Source: Felis catus (Eukaryota). Taken from it: 64,000 nucleotides of DNA. The stretch spans positions 20,462,001 to 20,526,000 of the forward strand of contig NC_058383.1 in the NCBI RefSeq assembly GCF_018350175.1. Reading direction: 5' to 3'. The position numbers and the translations under genes were made by a program. Under the pieces are notes generated by a model. The model saw only the letters and a program-made list of their open reading frames with translations, had not been told where the DNA came from and searched no databases. Position 1 is the stretch's first letter. Each line of letters begins with the position of its first letter. This document shows, in pieces, positions 36,000-48,814 of this stretch.

Positions 36000-38655
36000 A
36001 ATTAAACTTTTGAGATGATAGTAGAATCACATACATTTTTATAAATAATACAAAGAAAATCCCATAGATTCTTGACCCTGTTTCTCCCCGATGCAAAATT
36101 TTGCAAAACAATAGTATAAAAACAACCAGGCTGCTGACATTGCCACAGTCCAGACAGAGACCATTTTCATCACATACAAATCCCTCAATTTGCTCCTTTA
36201 TAACCACACCCACTGTCCTCCAAGCTTAGATGAGATTCTTTTTTCCAAACGCATAAGGCTATAAATTTCCCTCTTGGTGCTGCTTTAGCCATAAGCTTTG
36301 ATGTGTTGTCTTTTAATTCTCATTCTATTCAATTACTTTTTCTTTCTCTTGACACTTGCTCTTTGACCCATGACTTATTAGAATTGTACTGTTTCCTTTC
36401 CAATTATTTGGAAATTTCCTATTACCTGTTACTGATTTCCAGCTTGATTCCCTTGTGATCAGAAAGCATATTCTGTGGTTACTCGAGTGTCTTTTGCAAA
36501 CTGCATTTTGATGTATTTGTGCTTTTGAGAGTATCCCCTTGTGTGGCTTTTTTAGTGATTGCTCTAAGTACTAACTTTTATACACATAAATGATCACAGT
36601 CTACTGGTGGTGTTTTATTACAAATTCAAATGAAACCTTAACCCCTTTAATTACATCTCTTTACCTTTCCCACTTATAATACGTTCATCTTAAATATTTC
36701 CTTCACATACATTGAAAACCACATCAGTGTTGTAATTCTTTCTTCCACCACCAAATATAATTTAGGAAACTCAAGAGGTGAAGGAAAATGTATTATGTTT
36801 ACTCATATTTTTTTTCTTGCCACCTTCTGTCTTCCTTCCTGAGGTTCCAAGATTGTCTTTTTTTTTTTCTTTTCTATTTAGAGAATCCCATTAACCATTC
36901 TTTTTTAGGTAAATCTGCTGACAACACTCCTAGCTTTCTTTCCTCTGAGAATGTCTTGATTTCTCCTTCATTCCCAAATAGCATTTTCACTAGACGGGAT
37001 TCTGAGTTGACAACCCTTTTCTTGCACCTTGAAAGAAAAAGTGCCATTTCCTTTTCTGGTCTCTTTGTCCGATGAGAAATCCTCTGCGATTCAAATTGTT
37101 TCCCCCCACAGAATAAGAAGGCATTTCTCTACGGTTGCTTTTGAGATTTTTTTTGGTCTTGTTTTAACATTCAGAAGTTAGATCTGTTTAACATTCAGAA
37201 TCCAGACTGTGATGTTTCTTGGGGTGTGAAGTTCTTTGGATTTGTCCTCTATGGGACTCACTCAGGGTCTTGAATCTATACATTGATGTCTTTTGTCAAA
37301 TTTAGGAAGTTTCCGGCCATTATTTCTTTGATTTTTTTCAACCCCATCTCTTGCTCTTCTCTTTTTGGGACCCTGACACCGTAAGTTAGATCCTTTATTA
37401 AAAGGCCACGAGCCCTTGAAGACCTGCTCATTTTGTTCATTAAACGTTTTCTCTGTTACTAAGATTTGGTATTTCCCCTTGTTCTACCCTCCACTTCACT
37501 GATGCCATTTTCCGACCTCTACATTCTGTTGCTGAGCTCATTCATTGGGCTTTTTCTCTCAATTACTGTCTTTCCCATTTACTTCTTCTTTGGAGCTTCC
37601 ATTATTTTCTGAGAGTTTCTCTTTTTTAATGTGTTTTCAGCCCACTTGTAATTTCTCATGGAAGCATTTTATGAGGACTACTTTAGGGCGACTACTTTAC
37701 AATCTTGACAAAGATTCTTGACAGAATTCCAACCTCTCTGTCATTTTTAGGCTGGCACTGATCGATTGTCCTTTTTTTTTCACCCAAGTTGACATTCTCT
37801 TTGTTCTTGGGGTCACAAGTGATTTGTATTGAAACCCAGATGTTTTGGGGTTTAGGTGATGACACGTGGACTCTCACTTCAACTCTCTGCATTAGCTGGA
37901 TTTCTGAAACATGGCTCTGGCAGGGGAAGGGGCTCACCACCCTATTACTGGGTTGGGGCTCAAGGCCACGTTCCTCACCAAGTCTCTGTGGATACCCAAA
38001 GGGGGGAGGACTAGATCTCTGCTGGTACCTCCCTGGCTGGGAGGGGTCACTGTACCTTGTGGCCACTTCCCATGCATACTCCACTGACACCACGGGGTGT
38101 GGCTTCGCTGCTGGGCAATGGTGAAAGTCCTGATGCCGCCCCTGGGAAGAATGAGGGGCTTCTCATTACTACTGGGTGGGCTGAAATTCCAGGCTCCCAA
38201 TACGATCTCCTCGAACACCACAGCCATGGAGGGGTCTTCATGACGGCCTGGCAAGGGCAGAAGCGCAGACCCCCCCACTCAACCTTTGCCAGCTTAGATG
38301 GGTGTGGGGCTACGGCTTTTCCGGGGGAGTCTGGCTGACACAGAGCAGCTATTGTCTGCAAGTTGTCCGTTTTGCTAGGTTGCCCCCTTCATAGCCCTTT
38401 GACTAGAGAGAGAGCTTTTGTGGGGGCTTTTCTTTTCCTGCCCTCCTTGATGCCTCAAGGCTGCTGGCTTCTTAAGCTCCAAACCCGGGATGGAGGAGTC
38501 ATAACAAAAAATAAAATAAAATAAAATAAAAAGACAAAAATTGGGACCTCATGTAGCCAAGGTATCCAGTCCATCTGTCTAGGTTTCTGGTTGTATATAG
38601 CGGAAGGCGTAGGAGAAATTATGGTTACTCTACCTCCTCAAAAGTAGAAGTGCTT
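36000..38655 (-). mobile_element. Old L1 (L1MC/MD-like): 3' end, ORF remnants and apparent 5' end
   Basis: 3'UTR-like 36000-36220; T-rich ORF remnants (GGCTATAAATTTCCCTCT, TCTGAGAATGTCTTGATTTCTCCTTCATT, AAATTTAGGAAGTTTCCGGCCATTATTTCTT); 5'UTR-like 37900-38655. Confidence 0.7.
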
Positions 38656-38674
38656 ATTACTTTTTTAAAAAAGT

Positions 38675-38880
38675 TTTTAATGTTTACTTATTTTTGAGAG
38701 AGAGACAGTGAGAGCCAGGGAGGGGCAGAGAGAAAGAGGGGGAGACACAGAAGCCGAAGCAAGCTCCAGGCTCTGAGCTGTCAGCACACGGCCCGACGCG
38801 GGGCTCGAACTCACGAACCGTGAAATCATGACCTGAGCCAAAGTCGGACACTTAACCAACGGAGCCACCCAGGTTGCCCC
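38675..38880 (-). mobile_element. CAN-SINE
   Basis: TSD AGTGCTTATTAC at 38650 and 38881. Confidence 0.94.
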
Positions 38881-38913
38881 AGTGCTTATTACCTTTTAAA
38901 TGAAACACTAACT

Positions 38914-39153
38914 CGGGGCGCCTGGGTGGCGCAGTCAGTTAAGCTTCCGACTTCAGCCAGGTCACGATCTCGCGGTCCGTGAGTTCGAGCCCCACGTCGG
39001 GCTCTGGGCTGATGGCTCCGAGCCTGGAGCCTATTTCCGATTCTGTGTCTCCCTCTCTCTCTGCCCCTCCCCCGATCATGCTCTGTCTCTCTCTGTCCCA
39101 AAAATAAATAAAAAACGTTGAAAAAAAATTTTTTTTAAATATATATTAAAAAA
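38914..39153 (+). mobile_element. Young felid CAN-SINE
   Basis: TSD AAATGAAACACTAACTC on both sides. Confidence 0.96.
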
Positions 39154-39349
39154 AAATGAAACACTAACTCAAAACTGGGATCTCAATTTTTTTTTTTTTT
39201 TTTTTTTGGTGGAGGGGCTCAAATTCTTAAATGGTCTGGTCTCTCCCTACCTTTTACAATCTTATTCTCCACTCCCTTTTACATATACGTGACACCCTCC
39301 ATCCAAACACAACTATTTCCTCCTGGGGGAGAAGCTGGGTTTCCAATCA

Positions 39350-39530
39350 CATTGTATCACTTCCATCGGGTAAGTTGCTCAGGCCATCTGTGCCTCGGTT
39401 TCTTCACCTATAATGTGGGGGGAATAATTCTGTATATATCTCAGAGCTGCTGTTTGGAAGGCAAGGGTAGGAATCCTGAGGGAATAATCGACAGTGTCTG
39501 GCATCTAATAACATTCAACGTGTATTGGTT
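39350..39530 (+). mobile_element. MIR
   Basis: TCTGTGCCTCGGTTTCTTCACCTATAATGTGGGG. Confidence 0.65.
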
Positions 39531-39894
39531 GTATCAGGCTTTCCTTCCTCCATGCCCTTGCTCCTTCTGTCCCCACTGCCTTCCCATTCCCAAATTCAAC
39601 ACGATCGTCACATTCCAGCTCCACTGCTACCTCCTCCAGGAAGCCTTCCTGTATTCTCTCAGCTACAAGTGGTCTTGCTCTCCTGTGAATTCTATAGAAC
39701 ATTATCTGTCTTCTCCAGGGCTGGAGTTGAGTTTCTGTCCAATACCTCTATGGGCTTTCTTTAATGTAAAGACGATGCTATACTCAGCCCTAAATGTATT
39801 TGCATTTCTACCTTATTATAAAGTCTAATGTTGAGTGAAAGAATTATTAATTAGTTAAACAGAAAGAGATGTGGGCCATCTATTACGTCCTGGA

Positions 39895-40330
39895 TGCCTG
39901 GACAGAATAATGGTTCCCATCCTAGTCCCCAGGACCTGTGAAAATGTTACCAGTCATGGCAAAAGGGACTTTAAAGGTGTGGTTAAATGAAGGGTTTCAA
40001 GGTGGGGAGATTATCCCGGATTATCGGGGCGGGCCCCATGGAATCCCAAGGGTCCTTACGAGCAAAAGCGGGAGACGTTGGGAGCAGAGGTTGAAACGAC
40101 ACAATGGCCGGCAGATGAAAGATGGCCCACGAGCCAAGGAACTGACAGCTTCTAGAAGCCGCAAACTCAAGGACACAGATTCTCTCCTAGGGCCTCCAGA
40201 AGGGACACACCTTTGCGAATGCCTTGATTTCAGCGCGGTGAGACGCAGTTTGGATTTCTGACTTCCGTTTATGTCAGCTTAAGCCACCAAGTCAGTGGTA
40301 ATTTGTTATAGCAGCAATAAGACACTAAGT
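39895..40330 (+). mobile_element. MaLR solo LTR (MLT1D-like)
   Basis: CAGAATAATGG..CCTGTGAAAATGTTACC..GGCAAAAGGGACTTT..GGAGATTATCCCGGATTATC..GTAATTTGTTATAGCAGCAATA. Confidence 0.85.
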
Positions 40331-41158
40331 GCACATTGCTAGCACTTAATAAGCAAGCTCTTTCACAGAATTCTGATAAAGAGTAAATGAATGCATTTGT
40401 TCATGAATGTGTTTGTTCATTTATCCAGCAGCTACCGCCTACCTACTACGTGGGGGGGTTTAAACGCGACTGAAAGCTGGCCCCGGCCTCAAGACGCACA
40501 GAGGAGGCACTGGTCCATGGACATTCGTCACACGATACAACGATCATCAGTGTTCACGCAGTGGTGGAGGCGACCAAGAGACTTCCTATGCAAAGGGAGA
40601 ATTCATCTTTGCCCAACACTGACTTGCTCCATTATAGAACATTCTGCTTGCAGACTGATTCACACCGGAGTTGAAAGAGCTGTCGGGACATGTTTTAGAA
40701 CAGCGGCCCCAACACCTAAAACAGTGCGTCAGAGGAGGGATACATCTCCTGCCCACGTCCAGCCCTGATCCCATCATTCGTACGAAATGAACGAAGGTAA
40801 GAGGAACACTTACTTGCCTTTTGTGGTTGTAATGAAAACGAGATGCATGAACTTGTGCAAACACTTAGAATAGCACATGATCTGTGGAATGCACCAGATT
40901 GCTAAATGAAAAAAAGATAGTAATCTCGAGTCTAACGCCAAATCAGAATTTCCGGAAGCAGTGCTGGAAAATCTATGTTTTAATCTCATGCCTACCCCAC
41001 CCCTCAGAGCCCATCGTTCAACCATTTCACATGCTTTTTGTGGTTTTGTTTCCTAAACAAAAGATTTATGAAGATTACTCTCTGTCAACACTATCCTTCC
41101 CAGACTCATGAGTTTTCTTACAGGGTAGCTCGAACTTCATTAAATGTACTCTTTCTTA

Positions 41159-41378
41159 GGGGCGCCTGGGTGGCTCAGTCGGTTGAGCGTCTGACCCTTG
41201 ATTTCGGCTCAGGTCATGATCTCGCGGTCCGTGAGTTCGAGCCCCACGTTGGGCTCTGCACTGACGGTGTGGAGCCTGCTTGGGATTCTCTCTCTCTGTC
41301 TCCCTCTCTCTTTGTAAGTCCCCCACTTGTGCTCTCCCTCTCTCTCTCTCTCTCTCTCAAAATAAATAAATAAACTTA
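41159..41378 (+). mobile_element. CAN-SINE
   Basis: Full length. Confidence 0.93.
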
Positions 41379-42104
41379 AGGTTTTTTTAATTTACTCTTT
41401 TTTAAATGATTAAAGTTGGTGTTTTATAGGGAAACATCCATGCGCACTCTGCATATGCATTCATTCATTCATTCATTCATTCATTCCCTCATCTGTGAGC
41501 TACTCAATGAGTCACACCCTGTGCCCGATACATGCGCGTTGGAATTACATTCCTTTCCGGAAGATGTGAAGTCTTTAACAGCAAATAGAAGTCAACAGGT
41601 CAAGTGTACATGTGAGGGGTACAGGAAAAAAAAAGATATTCCAGGCAGTCAAACATAGCTTTGCATTCAGATAACTCTCTAGCCTCAACCCTTCCTGCTA
41701 TGGGTGAAAAGAAAAACTATACCTCCTACCTTGATTCAGCTGCTGCAATGCAGGGCACAACAAGACTATTCTCACTGATGCAACAGTGGCCAGGACCTAA
41801 GGGAACAGAAATTCCATATCAAACTCCATTCAGGGCGCAGGGAAGAGCTGAGCAGAGAAGGCAGAGGTAACAGGAAGCAGCAGGACAGAGTTCGGGGGGT
41901 CTCAGTGGCGTCCCAAACAGCTCGCATCCGGGGTTGGGATCCAGATCCTCACTCTGGCCCCTAGTGGCTCTGGGGACTTGGGTGGTTCCGCAATAAAATA
42001 CAGTCATGAGCGGCACTCAAACTGTACTTCCCTGAAGGGTTCTGGAAGGATTACTCACATAATGCTTGACAATATTTAGCCTGACATCTGGTACATGCTT
42101 CTTT

Positions 42105-42283
42105 AAAAAGAAAGAAAGAAAAGGAAGGAAAGAAAGAAGGAAGGAAAGAAAGAAAGAGAAATAAAGAAAGAAAAAGAAAGAGAAAAAGAAAGAAAAAGAA
42201 AAAGAAAGAAAAGAAAGAGAAGAAAGAAAGAGAAAGAAAAAGAAAAAAGAAAGAAAAAGAAAAAGAGAAAGAAAGAAAGAAAT

Positions 42284-42318
<35 letters not shown>

Positions 42319-42354
42319 AAAGAAAAGAAAAGAAAAGAAAAGAAAAGAAAAGAA

Positions 42355-42390
<36 letters not shown>

Positions 42391-42393
42391 AAA
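42105..42393. repeat. (GAAA)n/(GAAAA)n polypurine tract
   Basis: Direct. Confidence 0.96.
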
Positions 42394-43416
42394 GTTGTTG
42401 ATATTGGTAGGTTTGGGGTTGATAATGGTAGAGGTGGGTATTTTTGTTTCTGTCTTGTGTTGATTCACTATGGAAGTAATAAACATAATAAACACGTAAC
42501 ACAAGTTCACTTATAGGTAAGAAAATACCAAGTGTCTATGTTCCTCCTTGCCTCCTTCACCGGACCACCCGAGGCACCTCTGTGGCAACCTCGACTCCAC
42601 TGACAGCTAAAAACCCAACCGTGGAGACAAACGAGGCCTTCGCGATGTGCTCAAGGAGACCCTGAGGTCTCTTAAAGCCGTCCTTCCCTCTTTCTGTCCT
42701 ATTAGGACAGAGAGGCTTAGCTACGAGCCTCGTGATGGGACTTATTTAGGAGGTAATTGTCCATCCGCTGTAGCCCCTGATCCTGGTTCATGGATGAGGA
42801 GCTCCTAAGGATTGGGCAGAATGGGAAGATACCACTTGGCCTGTGTCCATCAAACCTTAAGCACAAGACAAGCTTTTCCTTGTCTGGTCCTGGAGGCTGT
42901 ATAAGCTCTTGTTTTTTTAGAGCTCTATAAAACACCAGCAGTTTCGAAACTGGGGTCTCGGAGGCTGTCCCCCACCTCAGGTCTGCTCCATTCTGTCTGC
43001 ACCACACGACATGTCAAACATTAGACCATATTAGGAGAGCGAAATGCGCTGAATGAGCTCACGCATCGACTCATCATCGGGCACCTACCAAATTCAAGTT
43101 TCTTCATAGGTAAGTAGTGATGGGTGGCGATTTACCTAAGGTAGCCACTCTTTCTAGAGAATAGCCTTCAAATATATCGACATCAGAGAGGAGCAGAGTG
43201 TGAAGGTTAAGGTCAAGGACCTGAGCCCAAGCATTTGGTTCAAGCTGTAGCCCAGCCACTCCATACCTGGGTGATGACGACCTCCATGTGACTTGTTGTC
43301 CTCAGGTATAAACAAGGACCATATTATTGTCACGGAATAATAGCGTATATTTCACAAGGGTGCTCTGAGGACCAAAGCAAGTTCCCTTTGCGTCTACATG
43401 TTTGACTTTCTTCATG

Positions 43417-43812
43417 TATTCTCGAAGTAGAGTTGACATACAATGTTATATTCCTTTCAGGTATACAACACAGCAATTGAACATTCTATACATTACTCCG
43501 TTCTGACCACCATACGTGTGTGTCTACACACAATGCTACTACCGTATTTTTGGTTCTATTTCCTGGGCTGTACTTTTCATCTCTGTGGCTTTTTTATTTT
43601 ATATCCAGAAGTTTGTCATCTTAATCCCCTTCAGCTATTTCCCCCATCCCCCCCAACCCTGAAATCATGCCATTTGCTACACGGGTGGACCTAGAACGTA
43701 TTATGCTAAGTGAAATAACTCGGATCACGACAAATACCATATGATTTCACCTATGTATGGAATCTAACAAACAGACAAACACACAAAACAAAACAGTCTC
43801 TTAAATACAGAG
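43417..43812 (-). mobile_element. L1 3' end with 5' inversion
   Basis: Minus-strand 3'UTR (43417-43659) joined to the plus-strand upstream piece (43660-43812). Confidence 0.8.
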
Positions 43813-43828
43813 TACATGTGAGGTTTTT

Positions 43829-44056
43829 TTTGTTTTTTTTTTAATTTTTTTTTCAACGTTTATTTATTTTTGGAACAGAGAGAGACAGAGCATGAACGGG
43901 GGAGGGGCAGAGAGAGAGGGAGACACAGAATCGGAAACAGGCTCCAGGCTCTGAGCCATCAGCCCAGAGCCCGACGCGGGGCTCGAGCTCACGGACCGCG
44001 AGATCGTGACCTGGCTGAAGTCGGACGCTTAACCGACTGTGCCACCCAGGCGCCCC
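43829..44056 (-). mobile_element. Young felid CAN-SINE
   Basis: TSD CATGTGAGGTTTTT at 43815 and 44057. Confidence 0.97.
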
Positions 44057-45350
44057 CATGTGAGGTTTTTATAAACGCTGCCCAGGAACGAGATCTCGGG
44101 CAGCAGGTCTCTTGTCTGCAAAAGTTTCAGTAACATGGACGTCAGCAGTTTCCTGAACCTCTGGCTTGGGGAGATGGGGAGAGAGAGTGAAGAATTACAG
44201 AAGGCAAGAAGAAAGAGCTCTTGGAGTCTATTAAGGAGTCCCCATATATAGCAAAGAAATCGGTGTTTGGGAAAACAAGAGATCAATGTGCTGACTGAAT
44301 CACTCAATTGGTTCACTCCCTTATTAGTGCATAGCCTGGGCTCTTGGCATTGGGGAAGAGAATGGATTTTTATTGCTTAATTCCCTGTAAGTGAAGGACT
44401 AGTGAATTGTAAAATCCTGTTGCTTAACGTGTAACATTAAGTATTGAACTAGCAAAAAAAAAAAAAAAAATCAATTCCAAGTTTGGTTGTTGATTGGCTT
44501 TTCTCAGGGAATTGAGACTAACATGCCTTTATTGCTCTTGTCTTTAATTCATAAAACACTGTGTGTGAGACCCGTTAGGCAAACATGTTTGCTATCTCAG
44601 AGCACAGTTTCGGCTCAGTGGCCACAATTCTATAGACCCCTTCATGGGCTCACTCACGACATGGTCCCAGTGGCTGCCCTGGGTGAGCCAGAGTTCTGGA
44701 AAAGACGTTCAGATTCCACCACCTGGCATGAGGATGTCAGTGATCCCACCACTTAGGAGAGACTCCAGTTTGTTGGGGGTATTCCTTGACCATCAGCCCC
44801 CTGCCTTTCCTGGTCCCAATCAACTGCATATCCAACCACCCTACACAGGCATTCGATGCAATAGGACCCTTACCTGCACCTGCAAGGAGTGTCTGTAATC
44901 TCTTGTCTCCATAAACCCTGCAGTGCTATATTGGGACTATGTGACCGATCCCTGCCTGCCCACGGACTGCCTCTTCTAACTTCTAGGGCAACCCAGTCCA
45001 CTTGAGTTGGCCAACTCTTGGCTTCTTATTCAGCCGTTCATGCCAAACAAAGGCAGACATCCGTATTTTTATGATACTGGTTTTTTTTGTTTATGTTGTT
45101 ATCATAAAGCCTACTTCTCAGTGATTTTTCACAGTAATTACTGACTTTTTAGACAATACAGCATAACGTGGGGCCAAAGAAAATATACCAAAGGCCAAAC
45201 TCTGAGAGAAGACTTCCTACAACCCCAGAGATGTCCCCTTCGACTACAGACTGTTCTCTATTCTTGAAACATCTCTTTTACAAGTTCCTTGATTAATTTC
45301 ATTATCGAGCGATTCTATCCTTCCACGTCTCTTTTAAGATTGCTTGCACC

Positions 45351-45570
45351 GGAGTGCCTGGGTGGCTCAGTCAGTCGAGCGTCTGACTGCGGCTCAGGTC
45401 ATGATCTCATGGTTCGAGGGTTTGAGCCCCACATTGGGCTCAGTGTTGACCGCTTGCTCAGAGCCTGGAGCTTCCTTCGGATTCTGTGTCTCCTTCTCTC
45501 TCTGCCCTCCCCCCTCAGTCTGTCTCTCTCGGTCTCTCAAAAATAAATAAAATGTAAAAAAAAAAAATTA
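45351..45570 (+). mobile_element. CAN-SINE
   Basis: Full length. Confidence 0.92.
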
Positions 45571-45649
45571 AATTTCTTGCACGATTACTAACTTAGCAGA
45601 GCCATATTGATGCTTGTGCTGGTCTGCTCTATCCTCCTTCCTTTCCTTT

Positions 45650-46520
45650 TCCAGAAAATACTTAAGTGCTGAATGCGCCCCAGGCACTGAGTTTGAAAGA
45701 TGAGCCAGAACACAAACTTTGATTCTGAAGGACTCAGAGGCAAGTGGGGTGGCTCGACAAAAGAATTAGGGTGCTATGAGATAGAGACTCCTATGGTAAG
45801 CGCCATAGGATTGGAACCCAGAAAAGGAATCTTCACCTCTACCCTCAGCCAAGCAAAGGAGGCTTCTCAGAGGAGGTGACATTTAAGGAGATTCTTGGCA
45901 GATGGAAAGAAGAGGAACACAAGGCTGAGAAGAAGTTGTTCTGGAAGATTCGACGCCATTGAAGAGATGGTAAAGTAGGTCATGAGAAGTTATGACCTAG
46001 ACCCTGGCACACGGAAAGAATGGAAGCATGCAGGGTCCGGCTCAGAAAGGGCCTCGTTGTCCCCACAGAGATTGCTCTTGATCCTGCCGGTGACAGGGGG
46101 CCATTTGTAGGTTCCTAAGCTGAGAATGAACATGTTTCGCTTTGCTTTTAAGACAGTTCCCGCTGGTCTGTGGCCACACCACCCTGAACGTGCCCGATCT
46201 CATCAGAAATTTCCCTGTGGCAGCAACAAGGAGAACGAGGGGACGAGGAGAGAGAGAAGGAGAGAGGGGACGAGGCAGGTAGACAAGGAAAAAAATAACA
46301 AGGGTGATGGGAACAGGGGCCAGGACAGCAGGGATGGAGGGCAGGCAGCAGATCGGAGATGAATTTAGGAGACAGAATTCTCCCAGGCGGACCTTGTTTC
46401 TCATCTGGATCACGGCAGCAGCCTCCTGAGCGGTCTCCCTGCCTCCAGCCGCCTCCTCTCCAGTCTGTCTTCCACCACAAAGTCATTGTCAGCTACTTAA
46501 AGACCGTTCGCTCCCCATCA
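45650..46520. mobile_element. L2 fragments
   Basis: GGAGGCTTCTCAGAGGAGGTGACATTTAAG; GCAGCAGCCTCCTGAGCGGTCTCCCTGCCTCCAG. Confidence 0.5.
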
Positions 46521-46525
46521 CCCAG

Positions 46526-46731
46526 CACTGGTTCCTGGGGAGTGGAGGGGGACACTTTGTCCCCAAGGTGACATGTGACAATGCCTGGAGATATTTTTGG
46601 CTTCCACAACTGGAAGGGCAGGGGTTGCTACCGTCTCCTGATGAGTATAGGTGGGGCCGCTGCGCTAAATGTCCTCTAGTGCAAAGACGTAGCCGGCCCC
46701 GAAGTCATCGGGAGTGAGATGGAGATAGCCT
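46526..46731. mobile_element. MER20-like hAT element
   Basis: GACATGTGACAATGCCTGGAGATATTTTTGG..CACAACTGG..GTTGCTAC..GCTAAATGTCCT. Confidence 0.7.
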
Positions 46732-46761
46732 AAAAAGCTGCGGTCTAAAATCCCAAACACC

Positions 46762-46940
46762 AGGGCGCCGGGGTGGCTCCGTCGGTGAAGCGCCAGCCTG
46801 GGCTCAGGTCATGATCTCCCGGTTCGTGAGTTCGAGCCCCGCATCAGTCTCTGTGCTGACAGGTCGGAGCCTGTCAAGGTCGGAGCCTGGAGCCTGCTTC
46901 GGATTCTGTGTCTCCCCTTCTCTCTCTCTCTCTCTCTCCT
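46762..46940 (+). mobile_element. 3'-truncated CAN-SINE with internal duplication
   Basis: AGGTCGGAGCCTG twice; no A tail. Confidence 0.85.
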
Positions 46941-47014
46941 TTGGTCGCAATAATACAATGTAAAATTTTATGGGTACAAATCTATCATTTCCTTGTCAAT
47001 TGTTTGTTCATTTT

Positions 47015-47233
47015 TTACATTTTTTTAATGTTTTTATTTATTTTTGAGACACAGAGAGACAGAGCCCGAACAGGGGAGGGGCAGAGAGAGAGAGGGAGAC
47101 ACAGAATCGGAAACAGGCTCCAGGCTCCGAGCCATCAGCCCAGAGCCTGACGTGGGGCTCGAACTCACGGACTGTGAGATCGTGACCTGAGCTGAAGTCG
47201 GTTGCTTAACAGACTGAGCCACCCAGGCGCCCC
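47015..47233 (-). mobile_element. Felid CAN-SINE
   Basis: CCTTGTCAATT on both flanks. Confidence 0.94.
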
Positions 47234-47246
47234 ACCTTGTCAATTT

Positions 47247-47455
47247 TTTTAAGTGTATTTATTTATTTTTGAGAGAGAGACAGAGAGCGCAAGCAGGGAA
47301 GGGGCAGAGAGAGGAAGAGACAGAAACCCAAGCAGGCTCCGTGTCATCCTTGCAGAGAGCCCAATGTGGGGCTTGAACTCACGAAACGTGAGATCAGGAC
47401 CTGAGCCGAGATCAACAGTCAGATGTCAAGCCGACTGAGCCACCCAGGCGGCCCT
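47247..47455 (-). mobile_element. CAN-SINE
   Basis: Reverse-strand SINE. Confidence 0.9.
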
Positions 47456-47899
47456 CCTTGCGATCACTTCTCTTCACCCCCTTCCCCCTTCCACTGCCCC
47501 CCACCATGAACGATGTGGAATAGAACCGACTTTTCAGCTGTTGTACAAGCAAACGTCACCGTGTGTACATGGGCTTTTCTTTATTGCTTCTTAACACATT
47601 TCAGTGCAACTTGGCCTTGGTGCCCGACAATCTGTCATGGACATCATTACGAGTCAATCGTCATATTCTTTTTTTCTCATTTATTTATGCGACTACATGG
47701 AGAGATCTGTAACAAACCAAACAGGGATCGTCTCTTAAGTGGAAAATTTGCCTCTCCTATTACAATGTTTCTCTCGCCCTGCTCACAAATCACACAACAA
47801 TACACCCTGTGCTCCCAAAATGCTGTAAGCTCTTCTCTGCCCTTCTCATGTAATTATTTGCAAATTTACCACCACCCCCACCCACATCCGTTTCGGGGT

Positions 47900-48330
47900 C
47901 ATTGTTTGCTTAATAAAAATACTACTGTGTGAAACACATTTCTTTACCTTTCTCTTCTTCCTCAACAATGCCTCATAGAAATCCTTCTGTTACAGCTATA
48001 ATTCACTCTTTAAAGTGGCTGCAAAATGTCCCATTATATAGATTTTTCAACCTTTCTTTGTCATCCACATTTATTTCCCCGCTACAAGCAAGGCTGCTAT
48101 AAACATCCCGGTACGTGTCTCTTAATTTATTGATGTGTTTTATTACTAGGGGTTGAATTCCCAGAAGTGGGATAGTGGGGTTGAACAGCATGTGTTACTT
48201 TTAATTTTAAAAGATACTGCCATGTTACTTTCCAAAAGGCCTGTAAAAATTTATCCCTCTTCCAGTAACTTCTGAGAGCGACTGTTCCCCGCATACCCAC
48301 CGGGGGTAAGTGTTAAAAGTTTTCATTTTT
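47900..48330 (-). mobile_element. Old L1 (L1ME-like) fragment
   Basis: GGCTGCTATAAACATCC..ATTCCCAGAAGTGGGATAGTGGG..TTTTAAAAGATACTGCC. Confidence 0.6.
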
Positions 48331-48356
48331 GTGGGGCTTCTTTTGACCAAACTCTT

Positions 48357-48585
48357 TTTTTTTTTTTAATTTTTTTTTCAACGTTTTTTATTTATTTTTG
48401 GGACAGAGAGAGACAGAGCATGAACGGGGGAGGGGCAGAGAGAGAGGGAGACACAGAATCGGAAACAGGCTCCAGGCTCCGAGCCATCAGCCCAGAGCCC
48501 GACGCGGGGCTCGAACTCAGAGACCGCGAGATCGTGACCTGGCTGAAGTCGGATGCTTAACCGACTGCGCCACCCAGGCGCCCCC
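48357..48585 (-). mobile_element. Young felid CAN-SINE
   Basis: TSD TGACCAAACTCTT at 48344 and 48586. Confidence 0.97.
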
Positions 48586-48814
48586 TGACCAAACTCTTGA
48601 AAGCAAAGTGGTAATCTGTTGCTACCCCGACCAATGAATGATGGTAGTGTCTGACTATGAATGAGTCTGAACACCTACCTCCCATCATATCAAATATACA
48701 TCCCATATCCACCAGAGACTTGCACGTCCTTAGCACTGTATGTCAAAAGAACCAAAAATTCAAAAAGTCCGCATCAGGTGGAGAGCCGATCGACTTACAA
48801 ATAGAATTTGAATG

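Noticed and set aside
36225..37900. Possible intact L1 ORF1 or ORF2
   Set aside because: No long minus-strand ORF in the track; heavily degenerate.
42017..42510. F/L/S-rich ORFs
   Set aside because: Reverse translation of the (GAAA)n tract.
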